Assembly (NCBI GenBank): GCA_044352465.1
Contig: JBILDU010000032.1
Location: 1 to 29,638 of the forward strand
DNA from: Bdellovibrionota bacterium
GTDB taxonomy: Bacteria > Bdellovibrionota_C > UBA2361
Direction: 5' to 3'
DNA length: 29,638 nt
Positions 7,428-16,872 of this stretch are shown piece after piece. Numbering within the stretch: position 1 is the first letter of the stretch; the number at the start of each line of letters is the position of its first letter. The translations under genes and the position numbers were made by a program. Under the pieces are notes generated by a model. It was not told the DNA's origin. It ran no database searches and was given only the letters and a program-made list of their open reading frames with translations.

Positions 7428-10400
7428 ATGATCGATCGAATCATTCAATTAAGTCTCCATCGCCGGGCGCTCGTCCTCACGGTAGCGCTCGCCCTTTTCG
7501 TCTATGGTCTCGTCGTTGGACGCACGATCCCGATAGATGTTTTCCCTGATCTCAATCGCCCGCTGGTCACGGTGCTGACCGAGGTTCACGGTCTCGGAGC
7601 GGAGGAGATCGAAACTCAGATTACCGCGCCGCTGGAGCTGTCAATTAACGGTGCTCCGGGTGTCGCGCGGGTCCGTTCCGCTTCGAGCCAGGGAATTTCG
7701 ATTATTTGGGCGGAGTTCGATTGGTCCACCGAGATCTTTAATGCCCGGCAAGTAGTGACCGAGCGGCTCCAACAGGCCCGCCCCCTTCTTCCTGCGGATG
7801 TGACCCCGGCTCTGGGGCCGATCTCCTCGATTATGGGTGAGATAATGCTCATCGGAGTCACCGGCGATGGGGTTACCCCGACGGAGGTTCGGACCTTTGC
7901 TGAAACGGTGGTTCGACCCCGTCTCCTCGCTATCCCCGGCATCTCGTTGGTCTCAGTTATCGGTGGCGAGCGGCAGCAGTATGAAGTCGCTCCAAGTCTG
8001 CCGATGTTATATGCACAGGGGCTAACACTCGATGACATCGTGGTGGCGGTGCGTGAGGCGAACGGTGCCGCTGCCGGAGGTGTTATTCCGAGTGGGTATC
8101 GGGATGTACCGGTCCGCGGAGTGGGAAGACTGCAGGGGCGAGGAGATCTTGATGCGCTGGTGATCTTCAAGGAGCACGGGGGGGGTCGGCAGTCCATTCC
8201 CCTCCGTCAGATAGCCACGATCGCTGAACGTGGGGATCCGGCTCGGCGCGGTGATGCCGGGGTCAACGGTGTTCCGGGGGTCATCTTAAGTATCCAAAAG
8301 CAACCGCAGGGCGATACGATCGCGTTAACAAAGGCAGTTGAGCGTGAGCTCCAGCTCCTGCAGGGGAGTCTCCCCGCCGGAATCAAGATCAAAAGCGATC
8401 TGTTTCGTCAGGCGGAGTTCATCGAACGCTCGGTGGCGAACGTCATTCACGCCCTCGTCGTTGGGGCACTTCTTATCGCCGTCGTATTGATTCTTTTCCT
8501 CATGAACGCGCGGACGACGATCATCACGCTCGTCACTATCCCGCTGTCCCTCGGCCTCACGGTCATCGTATTTCACTGGTTAGGTCTCTCAATCAACACC
8601 ATGACGTTGGGGGGGCTTGCCATCGCCATCGGCGAGCTTGTGGACGACGCTATCGTCGACGTGGAGAACGTCTTTCGGCGCTTGAAAGAGAACGCGGCCC
8701 AGACGGAACCTCGACCGATTCTGCTGGTGGTCTTTGAGGCCTCCCGCGAGATTCGAAATTCGATCGTTATTGCAACAGCGATCGTCATCACGGTTTTTAT
8801 CCCGCTCTTCTTTCTCTCAGGGATTGAGGGACGGATCTTCCAGCCACTTGGCGCTGCCTACGTTATAGCGATCCTCGCGTCGCTCTTGGTTGCGGTGACC
8901 GTCACCCCGGTCTTATGCGCCTACCTTTTGAAACCCGAAAGGGCGCGAGGCCTCGAGACTGATTCGAGGTTGGTGATAGTATTGAAGGCGGCCCATCTGC
9001 GCCTCCTCGGCCATGTACGGGGGCGGTATTCTCTGTGGGTTGGTGGCACCGTTTTAGGTTTTATCGGAGCGCTGCTCCTCTCATCGCAAGCGGGACGGGA
9101 GTTTTTGCCACCATTTAATGAGGGGTCTCTTACCATCAACGTCGCACTCCCCCCGGAGGCCTCACTTGGAGAGGCGAGTCAGTTAGGGAGTAAGGTCGAG
9201 CAGGCTCTTCTCGCCGTCCCCGAGGTCGTATCGACCGGGCGGCGCACGGGACGAGCTGAGCTCGATGAGCACGCCCAAGGGGTGAATTCCTCTGAGATTG
9301 AGGTCGAGCTACGTCGCTCCGAGCGGTCGCAACGTGAGGTGCTGGCGGATATTCGCTCGACCCTGGGCCGATTTCCGGGTGCCGAGGTCGATGTGGGGCA
9401 GCCTATCTCTCATCGCATCGACCACATCCTCTCCGGTGTCGAGGCGCAGATCGTCGTCAAGATCTTTGGACCCGATCTTAATGCCTTACGGACTCTTGGC
9501 AGGTCGGTCGTAGAGATCGGACGGGGTGTGGAGGGGTTGGTGGATCTGCGGGTAGAGCCGCAGGTACTGGTGTCGCAACTCGAGATTAAGCCGCAGCGGG
9601 AGGTAATCGCTACCCTTGGTATCTCGACTCGCGATATCGTGGCGACGGTCGATCACGCTGTTGGTGGAGATCCTGCCACCGAGATCGTTTCGGGTGCTCG
9701 GCGTATTCCGGTCGTGGTCCGCCTCCCCGAAGTTTACGATAGTTTCGGCGCTGAGATTAAAGGGGTGCCGGTTCGGACCGGCCAGGGTACCCTCGTCCCG
9801 CTCGAGCGGGTGGCGACCTTTGAGTCGGTACAGGCACCGAATCTTATCGGTCGCGAGAACGGCTCGCGTAAGCTTGGGGTCTACGCGAATGTCGCGGGCC
9901 GAGACCTGGGAAGCGTGGTTCAAGAGTGGCAAAAACGGCTCGCAGCCGAGCTCACCCTTCCCCCCGGATATCTGATCCGTTTCGAGGGGCAGTATGAGAG
10001 TCAGGGGGCGGCCACGCGGGTTCTATGGATTCTCGGGCTCCTCGCGATTCTCGTTGTTGGGGTCATCCTGCTTTCGCACTACAAGAATCTTCGTTACGTC
10101 GGACAGATACTCATGAGCGTTCCTTTCGCGGCGATCGGGGCTCTTCTTGGGGTGTATCTGACCACCAATGTCTTTTCGATCGCGAGCCTGGTGGGTCTTA
10201 TCACCGTGACGGGTATAGCCACCCGAAACGGGGTTATGATGATCGATCACATCGTGCATCTTACCGAGGTTGAAGGGGCGCCACGTAATTGGGAGACGCT
10301 CTGCCGAGCGGCGCAGGAGCGACTCGTTCCGGTGCTGATGACCGCTCTCACCGCGATGCTGGCGCTGGTCCCGATCTTGGCGGCCCCGCATGAGCCGGGA

Positions 10401-10523
10401 AGGGAACTGCTCTATCCCGTGGCTGTGGTTATCTTCGGCGGGCTGTGTACGGGGACAATCCTGAACCTCGCTCTTACCCCCGTCCTTTTTGGGGCGTTGT
10501 CGGGATGGAGTCGCCGTTCGTAG
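7428..10523 (+). CDS. CusA/CzcA-family heavy-metal efflux RND permease
   Basis: 1031 aa. PIDVFPDL, EEIETQITAPLE, TM4 GELVDDAIVDVEN, EGRIFQPL, EFLPPFNEG, RLVPVLMTALTAMLALVP and PVAVVIFGGL. Confidence 0.95.
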   Translation: MIDRIIQLSLHRRALVLTVALALFVYGLVVGRTIPIDVFPDLNRPLVTVLTEVHGLGAEEIETQITAPLELSINGAPGVARVRSASSQGISIIWAEFDWSTEIFNARQVVTERLQQARPLLPADVTPALGPISSIMGEIMLIGVTGDGVTPTEVRTFAETVVRPRLLAIPGISLVSVIGGERQQYEVAPSLPMLYAQGLTLDDIVVAVREANGAAAGGVIPSGYRDVPVRGVGRLQGRGDLDALVIFKEHGGGRQSIPLRQIATIAERGDPARRGDAGVNGVPGVILSIQKQPQGDTIALTKAVERELQLLQGSLPAGIKIKSDLFRQAEFIERSVANVIHALVVGALLIAVVLILFLMNARTTIITLVTIPLSLGLTVIVFHWLGLSINTMTLGGLAIAIGELVDDAIVDVENVFRRLKENAAQTEPRPILLVVFEASREIRNSIVIATAIVITVFIPLFFLSGIEGRIFQPLGAAYVIAILASLLVAVTVTPVLCAYLLKPERARGLETDSRLVIVLKAAHLRLLGHVRGRYSLWVGGTVLGFIGALLLSSQAGREFLPPFNEGSLTINVALPPEASLGEASQLGSKVEQALLAVPEVVSTGRRTGRAELDEHAQGVNSSEIEVELRRSERSQREVLADIRSTLGRFPGAEVDVGQPISHRIDHILSGVEAQIVVKIFGPDLNALRTLGRSVVEIGRGVEGLVDLRVEPQVLVSQLEIKPQREVIATLGISTRDIVATVDHAVGGDPATEIVSGARRIPVVVRLPEVYDSFGAEIKGVPVRTGQGTLVPLERVATFESVQAPNLIGRENGSRKLGVYANVAGRDLGSVVQEWQKRLAAELTLPPGYLIRFEGQYESQGAATRVLWILGLLAILVVGVILLSHYKNLRYVGQILMSVPFAAIGALLGVYLTTNVFSIASLVGLITVTGIATRNGVMMIDHIVHLTEVEGAPRNWETLCRAAQERLVPVLMTALTAMLALVPILAAPHEPGRELLYPVAVVIFGGLCTGTILNLALTPVLFGALSGWSRRS

Positions 10524-10715
10524 TCCTTTTCAAAATTATTTCCTACCCATTGAAAAATCGCTGCGAGTTGAGATTCGGCCTCCAATAGTCACCGAGACAC
10601 CAGATATCCCTTTGATACTGCATCAAAAATAGGGTAATTGTCCGAGGACATGAGTGCGGCGGCGACGTTAATCAGAGCATCCGCCGGTCTCATTTTTTCC
10701 ACGGCGTAGGGATGT

Positions 10716-13700
10716 ATGGCTGAGCGTCTTTCGTTTCGTTTATTCACGATTTGCACCGTGTTCGTTCTCGGCTTCTTCGTTGGAGCGGCCCCCCGCGTCG
10801 CTCACGCCGCACCGGTGCCGAACGTTGCGCTACAGGTTGAGGCAGCGACACTCCTCAACGACTATACCGACCTTTTCGTATCTTTTACGAATACCGGCGA
10901 CGCACTCGGTTATTACCCGATGATCGAACTTAAACTCCCGGCGGGGCTCGAGTGCGATGCGACGTGTCGGTCAAACATCAAGATCACCAACCTCGAAGGT
11001 GCGCCGGTGACGCTCTCTGCGTTTGGGCCCGCGGGGTCGAATACGACCTTCGCAAATCCGGTGACGGGTAACCCGGTAGCGGTAACAACCGGTCAGTCGG
11101 TACTCTTTATCTCGCTGCCGGTTGGAAGCGTTGCCCCGAATGAGCCGGCCATCACCTATTTCGTACCTGCCACGGTGAATTCGAACGCTCCGCTCGGGGT
11201 ACAACTTCCGGTGACTGCGACGGCGGTTTTTGCCCTCGGTAGTGTGCCTAATGGGGTGCGCGGTGCCTGCTCAGCAGGCGGAGTGGATACGCTCTGTACC
11301 GCAGCGACACCTGTCAACGTGACTCCGGCAGCGCTGACTCTCTCAAAGAGCATCGAGAATCTGTTTGATGGGGCGACCTCGACGGGCCCTAGTTACCCGC
11401 GTCGCTTCAAAGTTGAGGTCCTCGTGGCGGAAGGGGAAACCGCCACGACGGTCGCGGTGAGCGATACCTTGCCTGACACCTTTGTCTTTACCGCGTTGCC
11501 AGGTGTCGACTGTAAAGCAAGCCCCGGCAGCTTGACGTTTACCCCCGAGCTGGGAGCCGGTGATAGCTGCGCTTTTACCGGAGATGCTACCGGGGGCGGG
11601 GTCGTCACCGTTACCTTTGCGAGCGTCACCGGCGGTCCGGCCATCGACCGAGAGATATCCTATACCGGCTTCGTCCAGGAGTTCGCCGGAGGAAGTGGGG
11701 GACCGATAGTGCCTCCAGCGACGGGAGCGACAACCACATCCACAAACTCCGCCGTGGCGAATTACTTTTTTGATCCGGGAACCGGCTCGACTGCGTTCGT
11801 CAGCCCGACCGAATCGACGACGCTGACCCACAGCTCGCTCTATACGACGAAATCGGTCAGCAACACGACGACCGGAGGGACAACGGGCAAGCCGGGGGAT
11901 ACCCTGACCCACACTTTGATTTACGATATCTCCGATTACTTCTCGTTCGACGATCTCGATATCCTCGACACGATCGGAGACGGCCAAACCTACGTCCCTG
12001 GCTCGCTTGAGGTCGCTGTTTTTGAGGGGTCGACGACGGCGACAACCCGTTCAGAAGCCGACCTTGCGGCGGCCACCGGCAACCCGCTGCAGCCGATTAC
12101 GAAGGACGGGACAACGGGAGAAACGACCATTGAGCTTGCCCTCTCCACAGCCCTTATTGCGGCTGCACCGAATGGGTTCGGTGCCGCGGATGGGGTCCTG
12201 ACAGGTGCGGATGACCTCGGCGCTGGTACGCCGACCAGAGTCGTCATCACCTATCAAACGATCGTCGACGAGGAGTTTACGGGGCCGGTCGTCGGCACCC
12301 CCGCTGTTGACGGTGGCGACGTCGTCACCAATACGATGAGCGCCAACTTTCAGATCGTGGGCACGACCAATCGGGTGACGAGTCAGTCGACCGCATCGAT
12401 GGTGATTACCCCGATTCAGGCGCTTCAAAAGACTATCGAATTTGAGAACGGTGCTCCAGTCACGAGTTTGCCGATCACCGTGAATCCAGGCGAGACGGTG
12501 ACCTTTCGTCTTGCGTTCACCATTCCCACCGGTGACGTCGAAGGGTTGGAATTGAAGGATTTCGTGCCATCACCCCTTTTTGACCCCACCGATCCAACGG
12601 CGAGCGGTAGCCCCTCCAACTTTATCTTTGATGCGACTCCGAGCGATGCTGCTCCAGCTTCGGGTCGTGTCCATTTGACCACCGCGAGTGCCCCGGTTAC
12701 CCCCATCATTACGACCAACGGCGCTGAGGATTCGCTTACTTTCTCGTTCGATAACGAGAGCACTGTGACGAGTGCGCCTCTTTTTATCGAGCTTCTCTTC
12801 ACGATGACCGCCACAACCAATCCACTTGCCAACGACCTTCTGTTGGTGAACGTAGCCTACCTCACTCAAAAAAGTAGTCAGAGTTCTACCCCGGTGAATC
12901 AACTTTCCGCGGTGGCGTCGCTCCTTACAGATGAACCGAAACTTGTTGTTCGCAAATTCGCCCAAGCGGTGGTCTCGGGAACTGGTGCGATATCGGGGAG
13001 CGGTGCAAACGCAAACTTCTCGAACATATTGCCGGGAGCGCGGCTCCGCTTTCAGGTCGAGATCGAGAACGTCGGTGACTACGATGCATTCGACGTATCG
13101 CTGGAAGACGTCCTTCCGGTAGGTCTCACCCCGGTCCCGGCGACGATGACCTTCTCGAACTGCGCGACTCTGGGAGGGACCGCCGAGACCTCCGCGGGAA
13201 GCCGGTTTAGCGCCACCGGTATGGATATTCCGGACGGGCAGACCTGTACGATTCGCTACGAGGTGGACCTTGATGCTACCGCTCCTTTTGGGGGAATAAT
13301 CACGAACACCGCCGTCGTGAGGTATGCCTCTGCCATCGGGGGGCCGCTTTTCTCGCCAGAGTCGGAGATCGCGACCACCACAGCGATATCGCCGAGCCTC
13401 ACCAAGACTTTCGTTGCGGGGAGTAGTTCCGATAGCTCGACGAGTGGCACGAATCTTCGTCCGGGTGAGAGCGCGGAGTTCGAAGTGACGGTCTCGGTTC
13501 CCCCTGGTACCGCTGAGTCGTTCACGATTCGGGAGCGGGACATCGCGAGCGGGGGTACGTCGAGTAACTTTTTTGAAAATTTTACGACGGGGACGGTTAT
13601 CTTCCCGAGTATCGAATCGAATCCAGCGTGTGGTGGTCTCTTCAACTTTGTTGGTAATACAAACGTCTGCTTTGAGCTCAACCCAAATTCGACTCAGACT

Positions 13701-16286
13701 CAGTCCAGCGCGACGATCCATCGGGTGAACCTCGGTAATCTCACCAACTCGGCGGGATCGAATCAGTCGTTCAGTTTTCGCTACCGTGCCACGGTGCGGG
13801 CTGGCTTGACCCCCGGCGCGTACACCAATCGGGCTGATGTCGAATGGGTCACGAAGAACGCCAACGTGGATGGGCAGACATCGCAGCAGAAAACCTCGTT
13901 GACGGCCACCGCTGGTTTTACGGTCGTTCGTCCAACGTTGGCCTTGCAAAAAAATACCTTGTCCACCCCGCCGCTTCGATTCGGTGATAGCGCGGAATAT
14001 GTCGTGACCCTCACGAATACCGGGACAGCGACTGCTCACGATGTGGCGAATATCGTCGATACCCTCCCGGTTGGACTCGGCACGGCAACCCTCGTGAGCG
14101 CTCAGCTCAATGGGGTCTCCGTCACCGGGGCCGCTGGTTTTAGCTTCACCCAGAGTGGGCAGCAGCTTACCGTGACGGTGCGGAACCTCTCGGGGCAAGC
14201 CCGCCTTGCCGCGGGCGATGCATATGTGGTGCGCTATTCGGCACCACTTACAACGACGGTCACCGGGGGCACCGCGGCGCTTATCAACACGGTGGGTGTT
14301 GCCAGCTACGCCACCGGGCCGATCGACGGTGGTCCGCGGGAGACTTTAACGAATATCCCACCGGCGAGCACGACGCTCACCGTCGATAGTAACAACATCT
14401 TCGGTCGGGCCGTTTTTGCGAAGGAAACCGCGGGTTCAACGACTCAGAACGGTGTGAGTGGTGTGACGGTAGTGATCGTTGGTACTGCTTTCACCACAAC
14501 TACCGATTCGAATGGAAACTTTACCTTCCGCGGAGTGCCTGACGGGACCTACACGATTCGGGCAACCTCAGTTTTTGGTGATGTTCTCGGCAATGAGAGC
14601 GTTACTGTGACAAACGCCGATGCGCATAACGTCGTCTTTCAGGCGCGGCCACGGATCGTTCTTACCAAGAGCACCTCAACCGTTGGTCCCGTGGTCCCAG
14701 GGCAAAATATCGATTACACTGTGACGCTCCAAAACGTGGGCAATTATCCAGCATTCCAGGTGGCGGATATCGAGGATAACCTCGCCACGGGGCTTGGAAC
14801 GGCTTCCGTGCTGACCGCGACCTACCAGGGGAGCAGCGTCACCGGAGTGGCTGGCTTCGCGCTTTCACAGACCGGTAGTGCCGTCACGATTACGGTGCGT
14901 AATCTGGCGGGGCTACCCCAGATAGATGTGGGGGACACCTTTGCTGTTTCGTACCGCGTGCCGGTCTTAAGTTCGTTGCCGGTCGGGGAGATAACCATTC
15001 CCAATTCCGCGTCGATTGCGAGCTATGCCACCACGGCGAGCACCGGTGCCTCGACTGAAACGTATCTTGATGTGCGGTGTGGCGAGGTTACCTTGACCGG
15101 CTCTCATTATACCTTAAGCGGTCATGTCCGGATTGAGGGACTTACCACGGGTATTCTAGGGTCAACGATTGAGATCAACGGGGTTGGTATCTCAACCTCC
15201 ACCACGACCGACAGCGCAGGTTTCTATATCCTGACCGGTCTTCCCCCAGGGACGTACACGTTGACGGCGCGTACCCCCGCGGGTGATCTCATCGAGACCC
15301 GCACGGTGACTATAACGAACGCGAGTATCCTCGATGAGGATTTCGCTCTCGACATGGTCATTACGGTCTCCAAATCGTTTGATCCAGCCTCGATAGGGTT
15401 CGGCGAGACCTCGACTCTGACGATTACCCTCGCCAATACCTCAACTGAGCTGGCTGCCTCTGCAGTTGCCTTTAACGATATCTTTCCGGCCGAGATGAGA
15501 ATCGCCGCAGGCGCGATTGTTTCAAATACGTGCGGTGGGACCGTCACGGCGGATGAAGGCACGGGAGGGCTTCAGCTTGCTGGCGGGGCCCTCGCGGCCT
15601 CGGGTGCGTGTGAGATCACCGCGACCGTCACGGCAACTGCGTCGGGTGATAATACCATTTCGAACGGCGCTGGCTCCGCGCAAACCGGCCCTACAGGACC
15701 GTCGAGTAACACGGCGACCCTCACGGTCGGAGATGATCCCGCGTGTGTGACGTCGTCGCTTGCAGCGCCTCTCAACGCGATGAACCTACGCGCCCAACGG
15801 TTGAAACGTACCTTGAACGAAGCGATTTCGCTGCGCCGACGCTACGCGGCAGCGGGTTTTTGTAAAGCTGCGGATAACGGGTGCCTCGTTTGTTCCCCCG
15901 GTCGTCGGCAGTGTTTGAACGTGTGCCGTCTCCCCTCGGCCAAGGGTGACCGGAAAAAACTGGAGCTCGGCAGTAAATTACGTCTCCAGATCAACGGAGC
16001 TACCCGACACGGGCTCGAACCGGCGACGTTCGCGGCTGCCTGTGTCGTGACCCGAGACTGTGCGTCGAAGACTCTCTCAACGCCGGTGTCCCGGATATCA
16101 TCGGCTGGTGAGGCCTTACAGGGACTCGTTCATGACGTACTGGATAGCTGTTGCCTCAGGACCGCGCGCGCGCCGGCGCAGCTCAGGCAACGCCGCGCGG
16201 CGCTCCGTCTCGCCGCTAACCGAGATGCTATGCGACTGATGCGGGATATGGCGAGGTATCCGAGCCCGGTCTTGGTCTGTCAGTAG
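10716..16286 (+). CDS. Giant secreted adhesin-like protein: DUF11/isopeptide-forming domains, two carboxypeptidase-regulatory-like domains, Cys-rich basic C-terminal domain
   Basis: Signal peptide ending AHA-A. Thr/Ser/Gly-rich. Repeated LxKx...PGxxxxY/F...DxLP...NxA motifs. TTTDSNGNFTFRGVPDGTYTI and TTTDSAGFYILTGLPPGTYTL. Confidence 0.88.
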   Translation: MAERLSFRLFTICTVFVLGFFVGAAPRVAHAAPVPNVALQVEAATLLNDYTDLFVSFTNTGDALGYYPMIELKLPAGLECDATCRSNIKITNLEGAPVTLSAFGPAGSNTTFANPVTGNPVAVTTGQSVLFISLPVGSVAPNEPAITYFVPATVNSNAPLGVQLPVTATAVFALGSVPNGVRGACSAGGVDTLCTAATPVNVTPAALTLSKSIENLFDGATSTGPSYPRRFKVEVLVAEGETATTVAVSDTLPDTFVFTALPGVDCKASPGSLTFTPELGAGDSCAFTGDATGGGVVTVTFASVTGGPAIDREISYTGFVQEFAGGSGGPIVPPATGATTTSTNSAVANYFFDPGTGSTAFVSPTESTTLTHSSLYTTKSVSNTTTGGTTGKPGDTLTHTLIYDISDYFSFDDLDILDTIGDGQTYVPGSLEVAVFEGSTTATTRSEADLAAATGNPLQPITKDGTTGETTIELALSTALIAAAPNGFGAADGVLTGADDLGAGTPTRVVITYQTIVDEEFTGPVVGTPAVDGGDVVTNTMSANFQIVGTTNRVTSQSTASMVITPIQALQKTIEFENGAPVTSLPITVNPGETVTFRLAFTIPTGDVEGLELKDFVPSPLFDPTDPTASGSPSNFIFDATPSDAAPASGRVHLTTASAPVTPIITTNGAEDSLTFSFDNESTVTSAPLFIELLFTMTATTNPLANDLLLVNVAYLTQKSSQSSTPVNQLSAVASLLTDEPKLVVRKFAQAVVSGTGAISGSGANANFSNILPGARLRFQVEIENVGDYDAFDVSLEDVLPVGLTPVPATMTFSNCATLGGTAETSAGSRFSATGMDIPDGQTCTIRYEVDLDATAPFGGIITNTAVVRYASAIGGPLFSPESEIATTTAISPSLTKTFVAGSSSDSSTSGTNLRPGESAEFEVTVSVPPGTAESFTIRERDIASGGTSSNFFENFTTGTVIFPSIESNPACGGLFNFVGNTNVCFELNPNSTQTQSSATIHRVNLGNLTNSAGSNQSFSFRYRATVRAGLTPGAYTNRADVEWVTKNANVDGQTSQQKTSLTATAGFTVVRPTLALQKNTLSTPPLRFGDSAEYVVTLTNTGTATAHDVANIVDTLPVGLGTATLVSAQLNGVSVTGAAGFSFTQSGQQLTVTVRNLSGQARLAAGDAYVVRYSAPLTTTVTGGTAALINTVGVASYATGPIDGGPRETLTNIPPASTTLTVDSNNIFGRAVFAKETAGSTTQNGVSGVTVVIVGTAFTTTTDSNGNFTFRGVPDGTYTIRATSVFGDVLGNESVTVTNADAHNVVFQARPRIVLTKSTSTVGPVVPGQNIDYTVTLQNVGNYPAFQVADIEDNLATGLGTASVLTATYQGSSVTGVAGFALSQTGSAVTITVRNLAGLPQIDVGDTFAVSYRVPVLSSLPVGEITIPNSASIASYATTASTGASTETYLDVRCGEVTLTGSHYTLSGHVRIEGLTTGILGSTIEINGVGISTSTTTDSAGFYILTGLPPGTYTLTARTPAGDLIETRTVTITNASILDEDFALDMVITVSKSFDPASIGFGETSTLTITLANTSTELAASAVAFNDIFPAEMRIAAGAIVSNTCGGTVTADEGTGGLQLAGGALAASGACEITATVTATASGDNTISNGAGSAQTGPTGPSSNTATLTVGDDPACVTSSLAAPLNAMNLRAQRLKRTLNEAISLRRRYAAAGFCKAADNGCLVCSPGRRQCLNVCRLPSAKGDRKKLELGSKLRLQINGATRHGLEPATFAAACVVTRDCASKTLSTPVSRISSAGEALQGLVHDVLDSCCLRTARAPAQLRQRRAALRLAANRDAMRLMRDMARYPSPVLVCQ
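13929..15350 (+). repeat. Intragenic tandem duplication of a DUF11 + carboxypeptidase-regulatory-like module (13929-14645, 14646-15350)
   Basis: Both units share GLGTA, GxSVTGxAGF, TxTVRNLxG, ASYAT, TTTDSxG and GTYT at equivalent positions. The period is about 239 aa. Confidence 0.8.
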
Positions 16287-16384
16287 AAATTCGGCCGGCG
16301 AAGTTGCGTCCGTCGGAGTTGGGGTGACCAGCGGGGTGCTCGAAGCGGGGCCCGTTGAGGTGGATATTATTGGGGAGGATCGTC

Positions 16385-16828
16385 GTGCAGCTTCTCTTAT
16401 CGTTTCTCGTGGCCCTCGTCGGGGCTGGAACCGTATTTCAAACGGCGATGAACGCCCAACTGCGTGCCTCCTTGGGGCACAGCTTGCTGGGTGCAGCGAT
16501 TAACTTCGGGGTCGGACTCCTCGTCCTCGGCCTGATGATTGCCCTCATGCGAGTACCGCTGCCCGCCCCACAGGTGCTCGGTACGGTGCCCCCGTGGGCG
16601 TGGTGTGGCGGAATACTCGGCGCAAGCTTTGTCGCAGTCGTTGCCTTTGCGGGCCGGGAACTCGGGGCGCTCGTCGTTGTGGGTGCGGTTGTTGTCGGAC
16701 AAGTCGTAGCATCGATTCTCATCGATCACTACGGGTGGCTGGGATTTCCCGAGCGCGCCCTCTCCCCCACAAAAATTTTGGGGTGTGTCCTACTTATCGG
16801 TGGTTTTGTGATGTTGAAGCGGGGATAA
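16385..16828 (+). CDS. DMT-superfamily inner membrane transporter, YdcZ/DUF606 type
   Basis: QTAMNAQL, AAINFGVG, PPWAWCGGILGA and GQVVASILIDHYGWLG. GGAGG precedes GTG 16385; the ORF track starts at 16355. Confidence 0.9.
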   Translation: MQLLLSFLVALVGAGTVFQTAMNAQLRASLGHSLLGAAINFGVGLLVLGLMIALMRVPLPAPQVLGTVPPWAWCGGILGASFVAVVAFAGRELGALVVVGAVVVGQVVASILIDHYGWLGFPERALSPTKILGCVLLIGGFVMLKRG

Positions 16829-16872
16829 CGCTCTGAGACCCCGGTTCTTTCACCCCACGGAGCGACAAATCC

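Noticed and set aside
10524..10715. Riboswitch (e.g. c-di-GMP) upstream of the adhesin
   Set aside because: No recognisable aptamer consensus, only short inverted repeats.
12570..14198. 542-aa minus-strand ORF
   Set aside because: Antisense shadow of the adhesin gene. Arg/Gly-rich with no motifs, as expected from GC-rich codon bias.
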